Notes: generated from the sequence alone by a model not told the origin. A DNA stretch of 64,000 bases from Alistipes sp. (GCA_045659425.1 JAZOWW010000021.1:8638-72637); one strand, 5' to 3'. Positions 28,318 to 40,532 are shown, counted from the stretch's first letter. A program made the numbers and translations.

Positions 28318-29793
28318 CTATTCAATCTCCCAATCGTATCCATCCTTGCGATCCTTCACACGAATACCGATAGCGGTAAGACGGTCACGAATCTCGTCCG
28401 AAAGAGCCCAATTCTTCTCGGCCTTGGCTTTCATTCGCATATCGAGCAACATCTCAACCAATGGAGAGACCATATCCTTGCCTCCTGCATTCTGCGCCTT
28501 CTCATCCTTCAAGCCGAGAATGTCGAATACCCAGCGCTGAACGGTAGCACGTAACGCCTGCAAATCTGCCTCGGTAGCCTTCTGCGAGCCATCAGCCAAA
28601 CCATTGAAGATGCGCACATAGTCAAAGAGTGCAGAGATTACCATCGGAGAGTTCAAGTCGTCAGCCATTGCTGCTGCACAACGCTCCTCCAACTCGTTAG
28701 CATTGAAGGTCGATACATCCGAAGCCTTTGCCTTATTCAGGGCATCAATACCCTTCATCAAACGGTCAAGACCCTTCTCTGCCGCCTGCAACGCCTCGTT
28801 TGAGAAATCGAGAGTCGAGCGGTAGTGTGCCTGCAAGATAAAGAAACGAACGGTCATCGGGGTATATGCCTGCTCCAAAGCCGAGTGAGAGCCGTCAAAC
28901 ATCTGCTCCAAGGTGATGAAGTTGTTGTACGACTTACCCATCTTCTTGCCGTTGATGGTGATCATGTTGTTGTGAATCCAGTAGCGTGCCGAATCATGTC
29001 CGAGGGCAGCGGTTGATTGTGCAATCTCGCACTCGTGGTGTGGGAACATAAGGTCCATACCACCTCCGTGAATATCGAAACGCTCGCCGAGGTACTTAGT
29101 ACTCATTGCCGAACACTCCATATGCCATCCTGGGAAACCGTCGCTCCAAGGCGAAGCCCAGCGCATGATATGCTCCGGCGAAGCCTTCTTCCAAAGTGCA
29201 AAGTCGTACGAGTGGCGCTTGTCGCTCTGTCCGTCCAGGTCACGTGTATTGGCAACAATGTCATCGAGGTTACGACCCGACAAAAGACCGTAGCGATACT
29301 GTTCGTTATACTTCTCCACGTCGAAGTAGATTGAGCCGTTGCTCTCGTATGCCAAGCCTGCATCTACAATCTTCTTTACGAAGTCGATTTGCTCCATGAT
29401 GTGACCCGATGCGTGTGGCTCGATTGAAGGCGAGAGAACGCCCATCATATCCATATACTTATGGTAGCGCTCGGTGTAGTAATGTGCAACCTCCATAGGC
29501 TCCAACTGTTCCAAACGTGCCTTCTTTGCAATCTTATCCTCGCCCTCATCGGCATCATGCTCCAAGTGTCCTACGTCGGTAATGTTACGCACGTAACGCA
29601 CCTTGTAGCCCTCCGCTTTCAGGTAGCGGAACAAAAGGTCGAAAGTGATTGCCGGACGTGTGTGTCCCAAATGCGGGTCACCATATACGGTCGGTCCGCA
29701 TACATACATACCCACGTGCTGCGGGTTTATTGGCTCGAACTCCTCCTTGCGGCGAGTCAATGTGTTGTACAATACAAGTTTGCTCTTTTCCAT
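28318..29793 (-). CDS. cysS: Cysteine--tRNA ligase
   Basis: [19 protein letters not shown] (HIGH) ... KMGKSYNN (KMSKS). Start trimmed to [10 protein letters not shown], which also removes the overlap with the upstream gene. Confidence 0.92.
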   Translation of the reverse strand: MEKSKLVLYNTLTRRKEEFEPINPQHVGMYVCGPTVYGDPHLGHTRPAITFDLLFRYLKAEGYKVRYVRNITDVGHLEHDADEGEDKIAKKARLEQLEPMEVAHYYTERYHKYMDMMGVLSPSIEPHASGHIMEQIDFVKKIVDAGLAYESNGSIYFDVEKYNEQYRYGLLSGRNLDDIVANTRDLDGQSDKRHSYDFALWKKASPEHIMRWASPWSDGFPGWHMECSAMSTKYLGERFDIHGGGMDLMFPHHECEIAQSTAALGHDSARYWIHNNMITINGKKMGKSYNNFITLEQMFDGSHSALEQAYTPMTVRFFILQAHYRSTLDFSNEALQAAEKGLDRLMKGIDALNKAKASDVSTFNANELEERCAAAMADDLNSPMVISALFDYVRIFNGLADGSQKATEADLQALRATVQRWVFDILGLKDEKAQNAGGKDMVSPLVEMLLDMRMKAKAEKNWALSDEIRDRLTAIGIRVKDRKDGYDWEIE

Positions 29794-29803
29794 ATAGTTT
29801 GTG

Positions 29804-32800
29804 TTATTCGTTTTGTTCACTCTTTTGTTCAGCCTTCTTGGCCTCTATCTCGGCCTGCTCCTCAGGTGTGAGAATCAAATCTGTATCCTCTACGCCCAAC
29901 GAGCGGTAGTAGTCGTTGAAACTGCGCACGACCTCCTGACGGTCGGCATAAGCCGACAGGTAGTACAACTGCGAAAGTTCGTCAAGTTTCTCGTCGATGA
30001 TATTAGTTACAAGGTCGCCATATATGCCCTCAAATTGCAGGTAGTACTCGATGTAATCAATCAGAGTATCTCCGTATGCCAGCAACAGAGCATCACCCTT
30101 CTCATTTGCTCCGATGGCATAATATGCTTCGAGGAACGGATAGGTATTTGCCTCCGAGAAGCGAATCTGCGTAGGTGGCAGCACCTGCAAGCCTCTGTCG
30201 AGCAACTCCTCGGCACGAGTATAGTTGCCCTCACGGATATACTCCTTCGCCACACGGGCAAAGGCCTCACGTGATCGTGATACCATAAGATTGTACTGCG
30301 TAAATGAATCGACATAGACACGAGGATCGCTCAGATTTCCATACTTTGTCTTATTCATCAGCACATCGTAAGCATAGTCGGCATCGATACGGCCAATCTC
30401 CCACGAGGTCTCGTATGGAGTAAGAATAGGCACAAAACGATAACTGTATCCGTCGAATTGCAGATAATCGACCAATCCGAAGTTTTGCAGGATATATACT
30501 TGTGTAAAATATATAGGTCGCTTCCAATCGAAGTGGGCAAACAAATCCAGCATCATCAACTCGGAGCGAGATATGGAGTTTTTGCGTAACTCGATATATA
30601 CGGTATCTACCATAAGGTCACGATCGCTCTCCTTGACAATACCCGAGGCGATGGCGTTGTCCTTATTTACCGGCAGAGCGATGCGCTTGGTCGGAATATA
30701 GTCGGACAACTCGCCCAATCCGTAATCAATCTTGGTGCGAGGGTCATCACTACGCACAAAATCCATAACCTCCTTGATATCTACGGCACGGTCGAGACGA
30801 TTGTCCACCGGCACCCAATCATTCACGAAGGTGTATTTATGGCGAGGTAGCGAGAACGGAATGCCCTCGGCATCGTTGGCCTTGCATTTCATCTCATCGA
30901 CGTACCACTCTCCGTCCAGATACGAGGAGTTCATAATACGAACGTCGGTGCGCACGCCATCAACCTCTTGATTGAACCACAATGGGAAGGTGTCGTTGTC
31001 GCCATAGTTGATAATTATCGGACTTACCCCCTCTTTCTCGATGATTGAGGTCAGGTAGTTGTAACCTACGTCACGAGCCATGGTGCGGTGCGAGCGGTCG
31101 TGGTCGTCCCAATTTTCAGCACAGAGAATACCCGGCACAATAAGACCGATTACGGTCGCCGATATTGCGGCTGCCTTTGGATGACGACGGAGCAGACGTC
31201 CAAGTCCATCAAATATCGCAAGCACGCCCAAACCTATCCACATGCAGAAGGCGTAGAACGATCCGGCATATACATAGTCACGCTCTCGAACTTCGCCCGG
31301 CGATGAGTTGAAATAGACCACCAGAGCGATACCCATCATAATGAATAGCCACATCACAACCGTGAAGTTGCGAGGATCACGATTGAGTTGATATATCAGA
31401 CCGATAATACCCAGCAGGAACGGAAGGAAGAAGTAGGTGTTTCTTGCACGATTCTCCTCCATCTCACGAGGCAACATGGTTTGAGGTCCGAGATACAACT
31501 CATCGATAGCACTGATACCCGATAGCCAGTTACCGTTGGTGATGGTAACATCCGTAGCCTGTATATCATCCTGACGACCCACGAAGTTCCAGAGGAAGTA
31601 TCGCCAGTACATGTAGTTGAGTTGATAAGATAGGAAGTAGTGCAGATTTTCGCCGAATGTAGGCTCAATGACAGGATAACTCTCCGAGCCGTCGTTGTAC
31701 ATTACCTTGCGGCCGTAGTCGGTCACCTGCTCACGCAGCGGACGACCCGTCTCGTCTCGACGGATATTGCCCTCCTCATCACGCACAAAATCAATCTTGG
31801 TACGATATGCTGCCCACGGCTTATAGTCATGCTCCTTCTTCATATAGTTCCACATTCGTGGGAAGAGGTGCATGAACTGCTGCGGATATACGTAATCGTC
31901 AACCGTGGTCAATTTTTTATAACTCTTTGTCGATGCATCGTAGTTGTAAAAACTCTTCTCTGTATAACTCTCTACGGGTGCGGCGTATGAAGCGCCATAG
32001 AGCAGAGGTCGGTTTCCGTATTGGTCACGATTCAGCACCGAAAGCAGTGCGCTCGGATTGTCGGGGTTGTTGGAGTTCATCGGAGGATTTACTGCCGCAC
32101 GGATGGTTACCGAGGCATACGATGAGAAACCGAGCATAATCATCGTCACCGATACAGCGATAAGGTTCCAGATACGATAACCTCGCTTATGAGTGAAGTG
32201 GATTGCTCCGCCCAACGCTGCAAACATCGCCAGCACAAAGGTAACGATACCCGAATTGACCGGCAACGAGAGTGTGTTCACGAAGAAGACATCGACCAGT
32301 GCTCCGAGATATACGGTGTAAGGGATGATTATTCCGTTGAGGACAATCAGGATTGCTCCTGCAATGCACGATACGAGGAATATGCCTTTAAGCGTAATCT
32401 TCTTGTATTTGCGGAAGTAGTAGATAAATACCAGCGCAGGAATGGTCAGAAGGTTCAGAATATGAACACCGATTGAGAGTCCCATCAGATATGCGATGAG
32501 GACAATCCAGCGGAGAGAGTGCGGCTCGTCGGCCTGCCCCTCCCATTTGAGCATCAACCATACCACAAGAGCCGTAAACATCGATGAGAGCGCATAAACC
32601 TCGCCCTCGACAGCCGAAAACCAGAAGGTGTCGGTAAAGGTGTAAGCCAAAGCACCCACAGCACCTGCGCCCAGAATGGCAACAGCATTGGCCGTGGTGA
32701 GTTCGTGGCCCTCACGAGTCATTAGGCGACGGGCAATGTGCGTAATTGTCCAGAAGAGGAACAGAATACAGAAGGCACTTGCGATGCCGTTCATTCCGTT

Positions 32801-33040
32801 CACCATATGTGGAACATAGTGTGACGATGGTGCAAATATTGTCGCAATACGTGCCAAAAGCATAAAGAGTGGTGCCCCCGGCGGGTGACCCACTTCGAGT
32901 TTGTATGATGTGGCGACAAATTCGGCACAATCCCACAGACTTGACGATGGCTCCAATGTCAAAATATAGACAAGTGCAGCGATGGCAAATACTGTCCATC
33001 CCGTAAGCCTGTTCCAACGATTAAATTTCTCAATATTCAT
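29804..33040 (-). CDS. DUF2723-domain membrane protein (glycosyltransferase-like, about 1080 aa)
   Basis: [33 protein letters not shown]-terminal signature, many TM segments, large C-terminal soluble region. Confidence 0.8.
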   Translation of the reverse strand: MNIEKFNRWNRLTGWTVFAIAALVYILTLEPSSSLWDCAEFVATSYKLEVGHPPGAPLFMLLARIATIFAPSSHYVPHMVNGMNGIASAFCILFLFWTITHIARRLMTREGHELTTANAVAILGAGAVGALAYTFTDTFWFSAVEGEVYALSSMFTALVVWLMLKWEGQADEPHSLRWIVLIAYLMGLSIGVHILNLLTIPALVFIYYFRKYKKITLKGIFLVSCIAGAILIVLNGIIIPYTVYLGALVDVFFVNTLSLPVNSGIVTFVLAMFAALGGAIHFTHKRGYRIWNLIAVSVTMIMLGFSSYASVTIRAAVNPPMNSNNPDNPSALLSVLNRDQYGNRPLLYGASYAAPVESYTEKSFYNYDASTKSYKKLTTVDDYVYPQQFMHLFPRMWNYMKKEHDYKPWAAYRTKIDFVRDEEGNIRRDETGRPLREQVTDYGRKVMYNDGSESYPVIEPTFGENLHYFLSYQLNYMYWRYFLWNFVGRQDDIQATDVTITNGNWLSGISAIDELYLGPQTMLPREMEENRARNTYFFLPFLLGIIGLIYQLNRDPRNFTVVMWLFIMMGIALVVYFNSSPGEVRERDYVYAGSFYAFCMWIGLGVLAIFDGLGRLLRRHPKAAAISATVIGLIVPGILCAENWDDHDRSHRTMARDVGYNYLTSIIEKEGVSPIIINYGDNDTFPLWFNQEVDGVRTDVRIMNSSYLDGEWYVDEMKCKANDAEGIPFSLPRHKYTFVNDWVPVDNRLDRAVDIKEVMDFVRSDDPRTKIDYGLGELSDYIPTKRIALPVNKDNAIASGIVKESDRDLMVDTVYIELRKNSISRSELMMLDLFAHFDWKRPIYFTQVYILQNFGLVDYLQFDGYSYRFVPILTPYETSWEIGRIDADYAYDVLMNKTKYGNLSDPRVYVDSFTQYNLMVSRSREAFARVAKEYIREGNYTRAEELLDRGLQVLPPTQIRFSEANTYPFLEAYYAIGANEKGDALLLAYGDTLIDYIEYYLQFEGIYGDLVTNIIDEKLDELSQLYYLSAYADRQEVVRSFNDYYRSLGVEDTDLILTPEEQAEIEAKKAEQKSEQNE

Positions 33041-33165
33041 ATCTTGATTCTCTCTTATTCGAGTAAATAACGGACAAAGTTACGAAAAGTTATTTACAAA
33101 ACATATGTTTTGTATAAAAACGTAAAAAATCGACCAAAAATGATATGCTTTTTGAAAAAAGTCCC

Positions 33166-33173
33166 TATCTTTG
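33166..33173 (+). promoter_or_regulatory. -7 promoter box (TATCTTTG) upstream of gpsA
   Basis: TAnnTTTG match 39 nt upstream of the ATG at 33212. Confidence 0.5.
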
Positions 33174-33211
33174 CAGTCTTGATTTACAATTATTTATTCA
33201 AAATTTCACGT

Positions 33212-34261
33212 ATGAAGAAAGTAGTAACAATCATTGGCTCAGGTATGATGGGTTCAGCCCTTGCATTCCCTGCTGCTGAGAATGGTCACGAGGTACGTCT
33301 TGTTGGTTCTCCACTCGATCGTGACATTATCGACGAGTGCCGTCGTAGCAACCGTCACTTGAAGTTTGACCGTGATTTCCCTGCCGGCGTAAAGTACTAT
33401 CAGGTAGAGGAGTATCAGGAGGCTGTTAAGGGTGCCGATTTTGTTATCGGAGGTGTATCATCTTTCGGTGTAGATTGGTTCTTGGACGAGATCTTGACCA
33501 ACATAGATCCTAATCTTCCTGTATTGTCTGTAACCAAGGGTCTTATCGGTCTCGAAGATGGAACTTTGATCTCTTATCCTGACTACTGGGAGAGCAAGTT
33601 GCGTGAGCGTGGCATCGAGCGTGAGGTATGCGCAGTAGGTGGTCCTTGTACCTCTTACGAGTTGGTGTTCCACGACCAGACCGAGGTTGCGTTCTGCGGT
33701 AAGAATGCGGAGGTTTTGGAGATGTTGCGTGAGACACTTACTACATCTTACTACCACATATCGCTCACTAAGGACGTTATCGGTTTGGAGAGCGCAGTTG
33801 CATTGAAGAACGCTTATGCTTTGGGCGTAGCTTTGACTATTGGTCTTGTTAACCGTCACCACGGTGAGAACGCAGGTTTGCATTACAACTCACAGGCAGG
33901 TGCTTTCTATCAGGCTGTTAAGGAGATGCGTAAGTTGTTGGCTATCCAGGGTGCAGAGATCGATAGCGAGAACATCGGTATCGGCGACCTCTACGTAACC
34001 GTATATGGTGGTCGTACACGTAAGATTGGTATCTTGCTTGGCGAGGGTAAGACTTACGATGAGGCAATGGATATCTTGGCAGGTGTAACTTTGGAGTCAT
34101 TGGTTGTGGCTCGTCGTGTTGCTAAGGCTATCTACCGCAAGGCAGAACTCGGTCTTGTTAATCTTGCTGAGTTCCCAATGCTTACCCACGTAAACGATAT
34201 TCTTGAAAATAACGGTGAGGCTGAACACCCTTGGGAGGCTTATACATACCGTAGCCTGTAA
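33212..34261 (+). CDS. gpsA: NAD(P)H-dependent glycerol-3-phosphate dehydrogenase
   Basis: VVTIIGSGMMGSALAFP Rossmann motif, then VTKGL..., then LKNAYALGVAL. Start trimmed to MKKVVTI. Confidence 0.85.
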   Translation: MKKVVTIIGSGMMGSALAFPAAENGHEVRLVGSPLDRDIIDECRRSNRHLKFDRDFPAGVKYYQVEEYQEAVKGADFVIGGVSSFGVDWFLDEILTNIDPNLPVLSVTKGLIGLEDGTLISYPDYWESKLRERGIEREVCAVGGPCTSYELVFHDQTEVAFCGKNAEVLEMLRETLTTSYYHISLTKDVIGLESAVALKNAYALGVALTIGLVNRHHGENAGLHYNSQAGAFYQAVKEMRKLLAIQGAEIDSENIGIGDLYVTVYGGRTRKIGILLGEGKTYDEAMDILAGVTLESLVVARRVAKAIYRKAELGLVNLAEFPMLTHVNDILENNGEAEHPWEAYTYRSL

Positions 34262-34294
34262 TCAATGATGAGGGCAATCTCATTATTGGAATAA

Positions 34295-34324
34295 AAAAAC
34301 TCCGACCATGCGGTCGGAGTTTTT
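34295..34324. terminator. Bidirectional terminator between gpsA and the phosphatase gene
   Basis: AAAAACTCCGACC-ATGC-GGTCGGAGTTTTT. Confidence 0.75.
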
Positions 34325-34342
34325 ATTTTTTATTCCTCTCTG

Positions 34343-35647
34343 CTATTTTGCATCCGGCTCGCACTGCGCTACGCAGTATGCACGGAAGTCTTCCCACTTA
34401 TAGAACGGGTAGCAATCGGTCTTTACCGGAAGGCGAACATCTCGCTCGCTGTGCAACATTCTCACAAGCACATCTCCCTTTTTGTTGCGGTAGAATATAA
34501 ACTGAACATTTACCGACATAGATGTTATGCGGCTGTCGCACCATACTTCTGGCAATCGCTCAATCTCTGCAAAAGAGATGCGGCCATCACAGCCCTCGAC
34601 GTGAAGAATTGCAAGCAATGGTATTACCGCTGAGTCGTGACCAAAACGAAGGGTAGCAACCTCATTTGCGGTCTCACCGGAAATAACCTTGTCAGCACGC
34701 TCAATAATGTCACGCAACAACAACTTACCATCCTGATTACGAATATCTCCGAAATCAATCGAAGGACCATAGGTCAGATAGCGACGAATATTGAACAGGT
34801 GCCACATCTGGTAACGCTCCGGCTCAGTAAAGATATCGTGCAACTCCGGCAGGTTGTCGAAGTTCTGTACAATCATTGCCAGGTCGTGCATGTTGCCCAT
34901 AAAGAGGTGAGTAGTAGGACTGTTATATACCTTGCGAATTAATTCTGCTGCATGGTCATAATTATTGAATATGCGGCAGATAAACTCCTTGTCTTGGGTA
35001 TTATCACGCTGGTAATCCTTTGCCATCTTACGAGCCTTCTTATAGAAAATGTTCATATTCGACTCAGGACGTGTCATATCAATATCGTGTGCACTTGCGT
35101 AGCGTGTAAGTTCGAGTTTTGGGTAAATCTCCTTCAAACGCTCTGTAAATGCCGCCATGCTGATAACGCTGCGCACAGAAGGCGAAGAGAAACAGGTTAC
35201 GTGGTTGCCATTCTTACCCGAGAAGACTTGCGGATAGAGTGTTGCCATACGCTCGGCAATGCCCTTATGCTCACGCTCGCCACGAAGGGAGAGGTCGCCC
35301 GCTCTCATATGTGCATCCTCTGCAATAATCTTTACTCTACGCATAAGGTCCTTGCCCAACTCTGTCAGACAACCATCTTTACACGCTTGCTCCAACAACT
35401 CTACAGGCTGGTCGTACTTCTCTTGTGCGGTCTGGTAGCGAGAACCGTGACGGCCATAGTGTGAAATATAGAACGGTTTGTATCCACTTGGAGCCTTAAC
35501 TGCCGGCTGCTCCGTAACCATATATGCAGTATAGATACCGCCTGCAAGGTTTGGGTTGGCTGCAATTTCCTCACGCATTGTCTGTCCATTGCTCACAAAA
35601 GCAATGCTTACTGCGCAGATAAGTGATAAAAATAGTTTTCTTTTCAT
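34343..35647 (-). CDS. Histidine acid phosphatase family protein (secreted, MINPP/phytase-like)
   Basis: Signal peptide, RHGSRY catalytic motif (SHYGRHGSRY) and a downstream HD (FGHDSAV). Start trimmed to MKRKLFLSL. Confidence 0.8.
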   Translation of the reverse strand: MKRKLFLSLICAVSIAFVSNGQTMREEIAANPNLAGGIYTAYMVTEQPAVKAPSGYKPFYISHYGRHGSRYQTAQEKYDQPVELLEQACKDGCLTELGKDLMRRVKIIAEDAHMRAGDLSLRGEREHKGIAERMATLYPQVFSGKNGNHVTCFSSPSVRSVISMAAFTERLKEIYPKLELTRYASAHDIDMTRPESNMNIFYKKARKMAKDYQRDNTQDKEFICRIFNNYDHAAELIRKVYNSPTTHLFMGNMHDLAMIVQNFDNLPELHDIFTEPERYQMWHLFNIRRYLTYGPSIDFGDIRNQDGKLLLRDIIERADKVISGETANEVATLRFGHDSAVIPLLAILHVEGCDGRISFAEIERLPEVWCDSRITSMSVNVQFIFYRNKKGDVLVRMLHSERDVRLPVKTDCYPFYKWEDFRAYCVAQCEPDAK

Positions 35648-35791
35648 AAATATAATTAGGTTTAGTTTTGTCGCTTTGCAAAAATACGAAAAAGGTTTGA
35701 TATAGCATCGAAACACTATAAAAAATATATTGGTGACAAAAAAGTTTTCTTTTTCTTAAAAAATTTGTATCTTTCGAAAAAAATAGACGCT

Positions 35792-36871
35792 ATGAAAAGG
35801 ATTCTCTTATCTCTTCTGTTGGTTACATTATATTGCTCACTCTCGGCGCAGAGTCTTGATTATACCTTTCGTGTGAAAAACGATGCAGGGAAGGCTTCCA
35901 AACGAGCAGAACTCTTTACTGCGAGGGGTAAAACCGATGAGAATGGCTGTTTTAAGATGAACGCCAAGTTCAATCGTAATATAATTATTGTTGCCGAGGG
36001 TTGCAACAACAGAAGAACTGCGCTTAAAGCGGAGCCTACGCATAGAGTTATGCTAAGTCCAACGGGCGCAAAGAATGAGACGAAGTGCCCGGAATTGCTC
36101 AAAACAGAGTTGGAGGCTCCTTTGTATGTCGTTAATGGTGTGTACGTGAAGGGGTTTACTCCGTCGAACTATACGGCAGATATGATTGCGCAGGTGACCG
36201 CAACAAAGAAGTGGAACAAGATTACCAAGAGTATATTCAAAGGTACAGAGATAGACGATATAGATGTTACCAACAGAGGTGTTTTGATGGTGCAGACAAC
36301 CGATGAAATCATACTCAATACTCCGAAAAATAAGATGGACTACACCATACTTGTAACTGATACCGAAGGAAAGCCAATTAAAGATGCTGTGGTATATGCA
36401 AGGAAGGGGTCTGCCGACAAGACGGGGACAATTACATTTAGCGCCAAAGCAGGAGCGCCTGCAATGATTGTGGCTTTCGGGTATAATGATTATAATTTAT
36501 TACTTCCGGAACAGTCTGATATGGATGTAGTTCTGACAAAAAAGGTTGTCGCAGATGGCGCAAAGACCTCGGTAAAGCCGAGATTTCAATCGGGCGATTT
36601 TATGCAATTTAAACGTTGGTTTACGGAGAGTACACATGATCAACTTTTGCAATGCAGTGAAAGAGGTGCAACCCATGTTAAGGCTGAATTCGTAATTGGA
36701 AAATCGGGAAAGGTCATCACGGTAAATATTGTTGAATCGACCAATCCTCGTGCAGAACGTGTTGTAAAGAGAACTCTCTACCGCTCGCCTCAGTGGACTC
36801 CGGCTATGCAGAACGGCGAATTGAAGAAGTTTCATTATGTGCTTCCTGTGAATATTCCGAGCCTTTCATAG
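35792..36871 (+). CDS. Secreted protein with TonB C-terminal-like domain
   Basis: Signal peptide. The C-terminal ~90 aa (FQSGDFMQFKRWF...KAEFVIGKSGKV...PAMQNGELKKFHYVLPVN) matches the TonB_C pattern. Confidence 0.55.
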   Translation: MKRILLSLLLVTLYCSLSAQSLDYTFRVKNDAGKASKRAELFTARGKTDENGCFKMNAKFNRNIIIVAEGCNNRRTALKAEPTHRVMLSPTGAKNETKCPELLKTELEAPLYVVNGVYVKGFTPSNYTADMIAQVTATKKWNKITKSIFKGTEIDDIDVTNRGVLMVQTTDEIILNTPKNKMDYTILVTDTEGKPIKDAVVYARKGSADKTGTITFSAKAGAPAMIVAFGYNDYNLLLPEQSDMDVVLTKKVVADGAKTSVKPRFQSGDFMQFKRWFTESTHDQLLQCSERGATHVKAEFVIGKSGKVITVNIVESTNPRAERVVKRTLYRSPQWTPAMQNGELKKFHYVLPVNIPSLS

Positions 36872-36892
36872 AGTGCCATATTATGGGTATAA

Positions 36893-36915
36893 AAAAAGGA
36901 GTTCATAAGAACTCC
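36893..36915 (-). terminator. Intrinsic terminator after tRNA-Leu
   Basis: On the minus strand AGGAGTTC-TTAT-GAACTCCT is followed by TTTTTTT. Confidence 0.7.
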
Positions 36916-36999
36916 TGGTGCCCAGAATAGGACTCGAACCTACACGTCTCTCAACACTCGCACCTGAAACGAGCGCGTCTACCATTTCGCCATCTGGGC
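36916..36999 (-). tRNA. tRNA-Leu (anticodon CAG), CCA encoded
   Basis: The reverse complement reads GCCCAGATGGCGAAATGGTAGACGCGCTCGTTTCAGGTGCGAGTGTTGAGAGACGTGTAGGTTCGAGTCCTATTCTGGGCACCA. TACCTTTG box just upstream at 37011-37018. Confidence 0.9.
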
Positions 37000-37221
37000 C
37001 TTTGCGTGGTGCAAAGGTAGTAAATTTTTCTATAAAACAAATCCTTGTCCGAATTTTTATTGATTTTTCGGGAACGATGTCTAATTAGAGTGAACTATTG
37101 CTTGTTTTGACATTACCGTCGAGTATGTGAAATGCCCGATGTTGCAATTATCTTTGATAGGGCATACCAAGTAATTATACTATTTTCAAATAGTATATAA
37201 TAAATTTAGTATTTGTGACGA

Positions 37222-38133
37222 TTATTTGCGGGCGCTCTCTATTCCGAGCATAATTCCTCGACGCATACGCAGCAGATAGCGAGCCTTCGATGGTTGCAAG
37301 GCTAATGTATATAGCGCAGCCAAACCCCATGTGACAATCTGCTTTATACGCTCCGCTTTGAGCAGACTTTGCACCGCCTTCTCGCCTTGAAGTTCGGTGC
37401 GCAGGTATTTGCTGCGGCCGACATTGAAACTCAGTTTATCGAAGTACTCGTCGGAGAGTTTGCTGTCAGGGATATGGTGGTATATTGCGGCATTCTGGAT
37501 AAAATAGAACTTGTACCCCCTCTCTCGCAGGCGTGCAAAGAGGTCATTCTCCTCGCCCCCACAAAGACTCTCGCCGCTACGGCCGAGCAACGGATTAAAT
37601 CCTCCGACCTCTCCGAAAATATCTCGACGGAAGGCCATATTTCCTCCTGCGGGGACTCGTGAGGAGGGAAATTCGCACACCGCAACATCTAAATCTATCG
37701 GGTTGGCAATCATTCGCTCCGGATAGTGCGACATCCAGCGTGGTCGTCGGCTCTCGTAGCGTGGAACTACGGCGCCACCTGCAACCATCGCATATGGGAA
37801 GGCATCAAAGAACTCGATATACGACTCGATAAACGTATCTTCCAGTGTCTCGTCATCGTCAACAATGGCAATGTAGTCGCCCGCCGCCTCGGCAATACCT
37901 CTGTTGCGGGCATTGGAAAGACCTTGCTTTTGCTCTACAACCATACGAATATTATACTCCGAATGTGCTGCGGCGAAGTGGTTGAACTGCTCGCAGGTGT
38001 CGTCCGTTGAGTTGTTGTTGACCACGATGCACTCCCATGCCGAGCGCTCGGCACTCTGCCGTACGACCGACTCCAATGCACGTGTCAGCCATGCTGCACG
38101 GTTGTAGGTTGCTATGATGAGCGATAATTTCAT
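37222..38133 (-). CDS. Glycosyltransferase family 2
   Basis: KLSLIIATYNRA...VVNNNSTDDT...IAIVDDDE (DxD). Confidence 0.85.
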   Translation of the reverse strand: MKLSLIIATYNRAAWLTRALESVVRQSAERSAWECIVVNNNSTDDTCEQFNHFAAAHSEYNIRMVVEQKQGLSNARNRGIAEAAGDYIAIVDDDETLEDTFIESYIEFFDAFPYAMVAGGAVVPRYESRRPRWMSHYPERMIANPIDLDVAVCEFPSSRVPAGGNMAFRRDIFGEVGGFNPLLGRSGESLCGGEENDLFARLRERGYKFYFIQNAAIYHHIPDSKLSDEYFDKLSFNVGRSKYLRTELQGEKAVQSLLKAERIKQIVTWGLAALYTLALQPSKARYLLRMRRGIMLGIESARK

Positions 38134-38205
38134 GAGAACAAAGATAGTGTTTTTCGATGAAAATTATTACCTTTGAGTAGTTTTAATACAAAAATACCCT
38201 TTTTT

Positions 38206-39498
38206 ATGAAAAGATTATCTCTTATTCTTGTTGCTACGTTGCTGTGTCTTAGCAACTTGATAGCACAACCAAAGCAGTCGTATATAAAGGTTGAGGTTAC
38301 GCCCGACCATGCCGATTGGCTCTACAAGTGTGGCGAAAAACCTCGTTTTGCGGTCGCAGTAACCAATTGCAGCAATGCGCCGATTGAGAATGCGGAGATC
38401 TATTACGAGATTTCAGAGGACTTCCTCTCTCCGTTGAAGAAGGGTAATATGACCCTCAAAGATGGAACAACAACCTTCACCGGCTATACTATGCGCAAGC
38501 CGGGCTTCTTGCGTTGCCGTGTATGGGTTACGGTAGATGGCCGCAAGTATGAGGAGTGTGCTACGGCAGGTTTCGATGTTGAGAAGATTGAACCAAAAAC
38601 CGTGATGCCCGACGACTTCGTTGCATTCTGGCAGAAGGCACTCGAAGATAATGCGAAGATTCCTATGTTGCCACAACTGACTCTTGTGCCGGAGAAGTGT
38701 ACTCCGACCGTGAATGTCTATTCGGCAAGTTTTCAGAGTTATAAGAAGGGCTCACGTATCTATGGTACGATGTGTGTTCCCGTAAATCATGACGGCAAAT
38801 GCCCTGCCTTGCTGATTGTCCCGGGTGCGGGTTGCCGCTCACGCAAGGGCTACTTCGAGGAGGCAGAAAAGGGTTTTGTTACCTTCGAGGTGGGTATTCA
38901 CGGAATACCTACGGTGTTGGAGCCGGAGTCGATATATGCATCTCTTAAAGAGGGCTCGTTGCTCAACTATCAGTTCTCAGGCATAGACGATAAGGATAAC
39001 TATATATATAAGCGTATATTCCTCGGTTGCGCACGTGCTGTGGATTTTTTGGCGGGTCTCGATTTTGTTGATGGCGATCATATCGGCGTTATGGGCGGCA
39101 GCCAGGGCGGTGCTTTGTCTATTACTACGGCGTACCTGAACCCGAAAGTGAAGTGCGCCGGCGCATTCTATCCTGCGATGTGTGACCTTACGGGCTATCT
39201 CTACGATCAGGGTAATGCATGGCCATATGTCTTTAAGAATAAGAAACTCGCAACTCCGGAGCGCTTGGAGACTGTGAAGTATTACGATGTTGTGAACTTT
39301 GCTCGTCTGCTTACTGCTCCTATATTTATCTCGTTTGGATATAACGACTTGATTGTTTGCCCGACATCTATTCAGGGCGCTTGCAATGTAATTTCGTCGC
39401 CTAAGCACCTGCTCGTAGTGCCACAATCACGCCACTATACCTATCCAGAGCAGATGAAGGCTCGCTCGAAATGGATGATGGAAAATGTTGTTAAATAG
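38206..39498 (+). CDS. Acetylxylan esterase / cephalosporin-C deacetylase family (CE7-like)
   Basis: Signal peptide, GGSQGG nucleophile motif, and C-terminal ...NDLIVCP...SRH. Start trimmed to MKRLSLIL. Confidence 0.8.
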   Translation: MKRLSLILVATLLCLSNLIAQPKQSYIKVEVTPDHADWLYKCGEKPRFAVAVTNCSNAPIENAEIYYEISEDFLSPLKKGNMTLKDGTTTFTGYTMRKPGFLRCRVWVTVDGRKYEECATAGFDVEKIEPKTVMPDDFVAFWQKALEDNAKIPMLPQLTLVPEKCTPTVNVYSASFQSYKKGSRIYGTMCVPVNHDGKCPALLIVPGAGCRSRKGYFEEAEKGFVTFEVGIHGIPTVLEPESIYASLKEGSLLNYQFSGIDDKDNYIYKRIFLGCARAVDFLAGLDFVDGDHIGVMGGSQGGALSITTAYLNPKVKCAGAFYPAMCDLTGYLYDQGNAWPYVFKNKKLATPERLETVKYYDVVNFARLLTAPIFISFGYNDLIVCPTSIQGACNVISSPKHLLVVPQSRHYTYPEQMKARSKWMMENVVK

Positions 39499-39506
39499 CT
39501 ACTGAT

Positions 39507-40382
39507 ATGAAACGAATATTTTTGCTGTTTCTCCTTCTTGGATTGTCACACTCGCTGCTCTCGGCTACTGATTATGCCAAGGGTTGGAGCGATCATAAGA
39601 TGAAACATGGCGGCTTGGAGCGTGAATATACACTCTACCTGCCTGAAAACCTCTCCGAGGATGCTCCGTTGGTGGTTATGTTGCACGGATATGGTAGCCG
39701 TAGCAAACCAACAAGATACGGCTTGCACGAGGCTGCCGAGCGTCACGGTTTTGCGGTGTGCTATCCACGTGGAGCGAAGGATCATCGAGGCAAGGCTTGC
39801 TGGAATGTGGGCTATGCCTTTCATCTCGATAAGGAGCATCGCTATAAGGTTGATGATGTCGCCTTTGTTGCCCGCTTGGTGCGCTATCTGCAACGTGAGT
39901 ATGGACTCAGCCGTAAAAATACCTTCCTGACGGGTATGTCCAATGGAGGAGAGATGTGCTATCTGATGGCATACCTGCGCCCTGAATTATTCGCTGCCGT
40001 CGCTCCCGTTTCAGGTCTTACCATGGAGTGGATGTATAGAGATTTGAAGGCGAAACGTGCAGTGCCGCTATTTGAGATTCACGGCACGGAGGATAAAACC
40101 TCGGCTTGGAATGGCGACATTGAGAATAAAGGCGGTTGGGGTGCATATATAGGCGTTACGCAGGCAGTGGGGTACTGGGTTGCACAGGCAGGATGTACCC
40201 ATGAGGAGTGCGAAGAGTTACCTTTGATACGCAATAAAGTTGTGGCGCATCGATACGTCAATGGTGTCGATGGCTGTCAGGTGTGGCTCTATGAGGTTAT
40301 TGGTGGAAAACACTCTTGGGGTGAGAAGGATATGAATACCGCAGAGGAGTTGTGGAAATTTTTTAGTCTTTACGTTCGATAG
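39507..40382 (+). CDS. Secreted esterase, PHB-depolymerase / feruloyl-esterase-like family
   Basis: Signal peptide, LVVMLHGYG, GMSNGGEM (GxSxG), IHGTEDKT. Confidence 0.75.
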   Translation: MKRIFLLFLLLGLSHSLLSATDYAKGWSDHKMKHGGLEREYTLYLPENLSEDAPLVVMLHGYGSRSKPTRYGLHEAAERHGFAVCYPRGAKDHRGKACWNVGYAFHLDKEHRYKVDDVAFVARLVRYLQREYGLSRKNTFLTGMSNGGEMCYLMAYLRPELFAAVAPVSGLTMEWMYRDLKAKRAVPLFEIHGTEDKTSAWNGDIENKGGWGAYIGVTQAVGYWVAQAGCTHEECEELPLIRNKVVAHRYVNGVDGCQVWLYEVIGGKHSWGEKDMNTAEELWKFFSLYVR

Positions 40383-40403
40383 GGTAACGATTTGATTGCT
40401 ATT

Positions 40404-40435
40404 GGGTTGTGGCTATTGCGACAACCCGATTTTTA
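40404..40435 (+). terminator. Intrinsic terminator after the esterase gene
   Basis: GGGTTGT-loop-ACAACCC followed by GATTTTTATTT. Confidence 0.6.
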
Positions 40436-40532
40436 TTTATTTTCACAAAATATTTGCGAGACTCGTTTTTTTGCATTATCTTTGCACCAGCAAAACAAAG
40501 GAAACTTCGCTCTAAAAGCAGTTACGATACAT